A stretch of 37,300 nt of DNA from a virus. Its lineage: Duplodnaviria; Heunggongvirae; Uroviricota; Caudoviricetes. Shown in pieces: positions 36,311 to 37,300 of this stretch. The first letter of the stretch is position 1. Every line of letters starts with the position of its first letter. The notes below the pieces were generated by a model. It was not told the origin of the DNA and ran no database searches. It saw only the letters and a program-made list of their open reading frames with translations. Where the stretch lies: the IMG/VR virus record IMGVR_UViG_2925908680_000006. One strand, written 5' to 3'. The position numbers and the translations under genes were made by a program.

Positions 36311-37300
36311 ATGGCAATTAAAGCGCTCGATGGTGGACGGTATAAAGTGGATGTTAGACCGCGTGGCCGGAGTGGACGTCGGATTCAGCGGATTTTTAAG
36401 AAAAAGGCAGATGCAGTGGCCTTTGAGCGTTATGTTCTCAGCCACATGCACGATAAGGAATGGCTTGAAAAGCCAACAGAGCAACGTCATCTCTCAGATC
36501 TGCTTCCGTTATGGTGGGAATTGGGTGGACGCAATAAGCCATATGCTAACGGCGTTCTAACCAGGTTGAAAAAAATCATCAAAGAAATGAATGATCCAAG
36601 GGTTAGCCAGATTAATGCTCGTTTCATGGCCGCTTATCGAAGCTCCCGTTTATCCTTGGGAGTAAAAGAGTCTACTGTTCGGCGTGATGAGTCGGATCTC
36701 GGAGGAATGTTTACACTCCTGGCAAATGCCGGGGAATTTCACGGAGAAAATCCGCTCCGCGCCCTCCCCTCTTTGAAACGAAAATCACCCGAAATGACGT
36801 ATCTCACCACGGAAGAAATCGCCAAATTACTGGATGCAGTAAGCGGTGATGCCCGGCGGATTACGCTACTTTGTCTCAGTACTGGGGCGAGATGGGGAGA
36901 AGCGAAAAATCTGCGCGCGGAACACATCATCAATAATCGCGTGACGTTTAACAAAACTAAAAACGGAAAAGTTCGAATTATTCCTGTCTCTGATGAAGTT
37001 GTTAGTGAGATCAAAACAAAGAAATCCGGCCTTTTGTTTGACGTCAATTATGAGGAATATCGCAAGGTGCTTCGCAGTGTTAAGCCAGACCTACCAAAAG
37101 GACAGGCTGTACATGTTCTACGCCATACCTTTGCTGCTCACTTTATGATTAATGGAGGAAATATACTTACGCTCCAGCGAATTATGGGGCACGCCACGAT
37201 CCAGCAAACTATGACCTATGCGCACCTCGCTCCTGATTTCCTCCAGGATGCAATTTCACTTAATCCGTTAAAAGGAGGCATCCACATTTCATCCACATAA
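36311..37300 (+). CDS. int: Tyrosine integrase (P2 Int type)
   Basis: MAIKALDGGRYKVDVRPRGRSGRRIQR..., LCLSTGARWGEA, HVLRHTFAAHFMINGG, TMTYAHLAP match remembered P2 Int; GGAGGG SD before ATG at 36311. Confidence 0.93.
   Translation: MAIKALDGGRYKVDVRPRGRSGRRIQRIFKKKADAVAFERYVLSHMHDKEWLEKPTEQRHLSDLLPLWWELGGRNKPYANGVLTRLKKIIKEMNDPRVSQINARFMAAYRSSRLSLGVKESTVRRDESDLGGMFTLLANAGEFHGENPLRALPSLKRKSPEMTYLTTEEIAKLLDAVSGDARRITLLCLSTGARWGEAKNLRAEHIINNRVTFNKTKNGKVRIIPVSDEVVSEIKTKKSGLLFDVNYEEYRKVLRSVKPDLPKGQAVHVLRHTFAAHFMINGGNILTLQRIMGHATIQQTMTYAHLAPDFLQDAISLNPLKGGIHISST

Larger units (their letters stand above)
1441..37300. mobile_element. P2-like prophage, near complete; integrase-side end lies beyond the window, left boundary uncertain (cargo at 1-1438 may belong to it)
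   Basis: Contiguous P2-type gene set (int, C, cox, A, P, Q, O, N, M, L, X, lysis, R, S, V, W, J, I, H, FI, FII, E, T, U, D, ogr) recognised from the translated ORFs. Confidence 0.85.

Overview
Almost the whole window is a P2-like (peduovirus-type) prophage. Reading right to left it has: tyrosine integrase and C repressor (+ strand), the divergent Cox-like early operon, rolling-circle replication gene A, a cos-proximal accessory region, the terminase/portal pair P-Q, capsid genes O-N-M-L, the lysis cassette, tail completion and baseplate genes R-S-V-W-J-I, tail fibre H with a Gin-type invertible host-range segment, the sheath/tube/tape-measure block FI-FII-E-T-U, then D and ogr. Gene identifications rest on reading the translated ORFs against remembered P2/186/Mu/R1 proteins; no database search was run. 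Five things stand out. (1) The slot where P2 carries tin/old (between gene A and cos) holds a ParM/ParR partition-like module plus a three-gene operon of unknown function whose first protein has a ClpX-type zinc-binding domain; this is the best candidate for an undescribed accessory or defence system. (2) An SPFH/band-7 lipoprotein with a small membrane partner sits inside the early operon, followed by a structured intergenic region. (3) The tail-fibre invertible segment is currently in an orientation that truncates the fibre, and both tail-fibre assembly genes are interrupted by single-base indels. (4) The FI-U tail block is inverted relative to D/ogr and the baseplate operon, unlike canonical P2 synteny. 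(5) Left of ogr there is a Com-like zinc finger overlapping a beta-class DNA methyltransferase, with a cluster of three GATC sites in its upstream region that recalls Mu com-mom control. The left prophage boundary and the cos site are not resolved.
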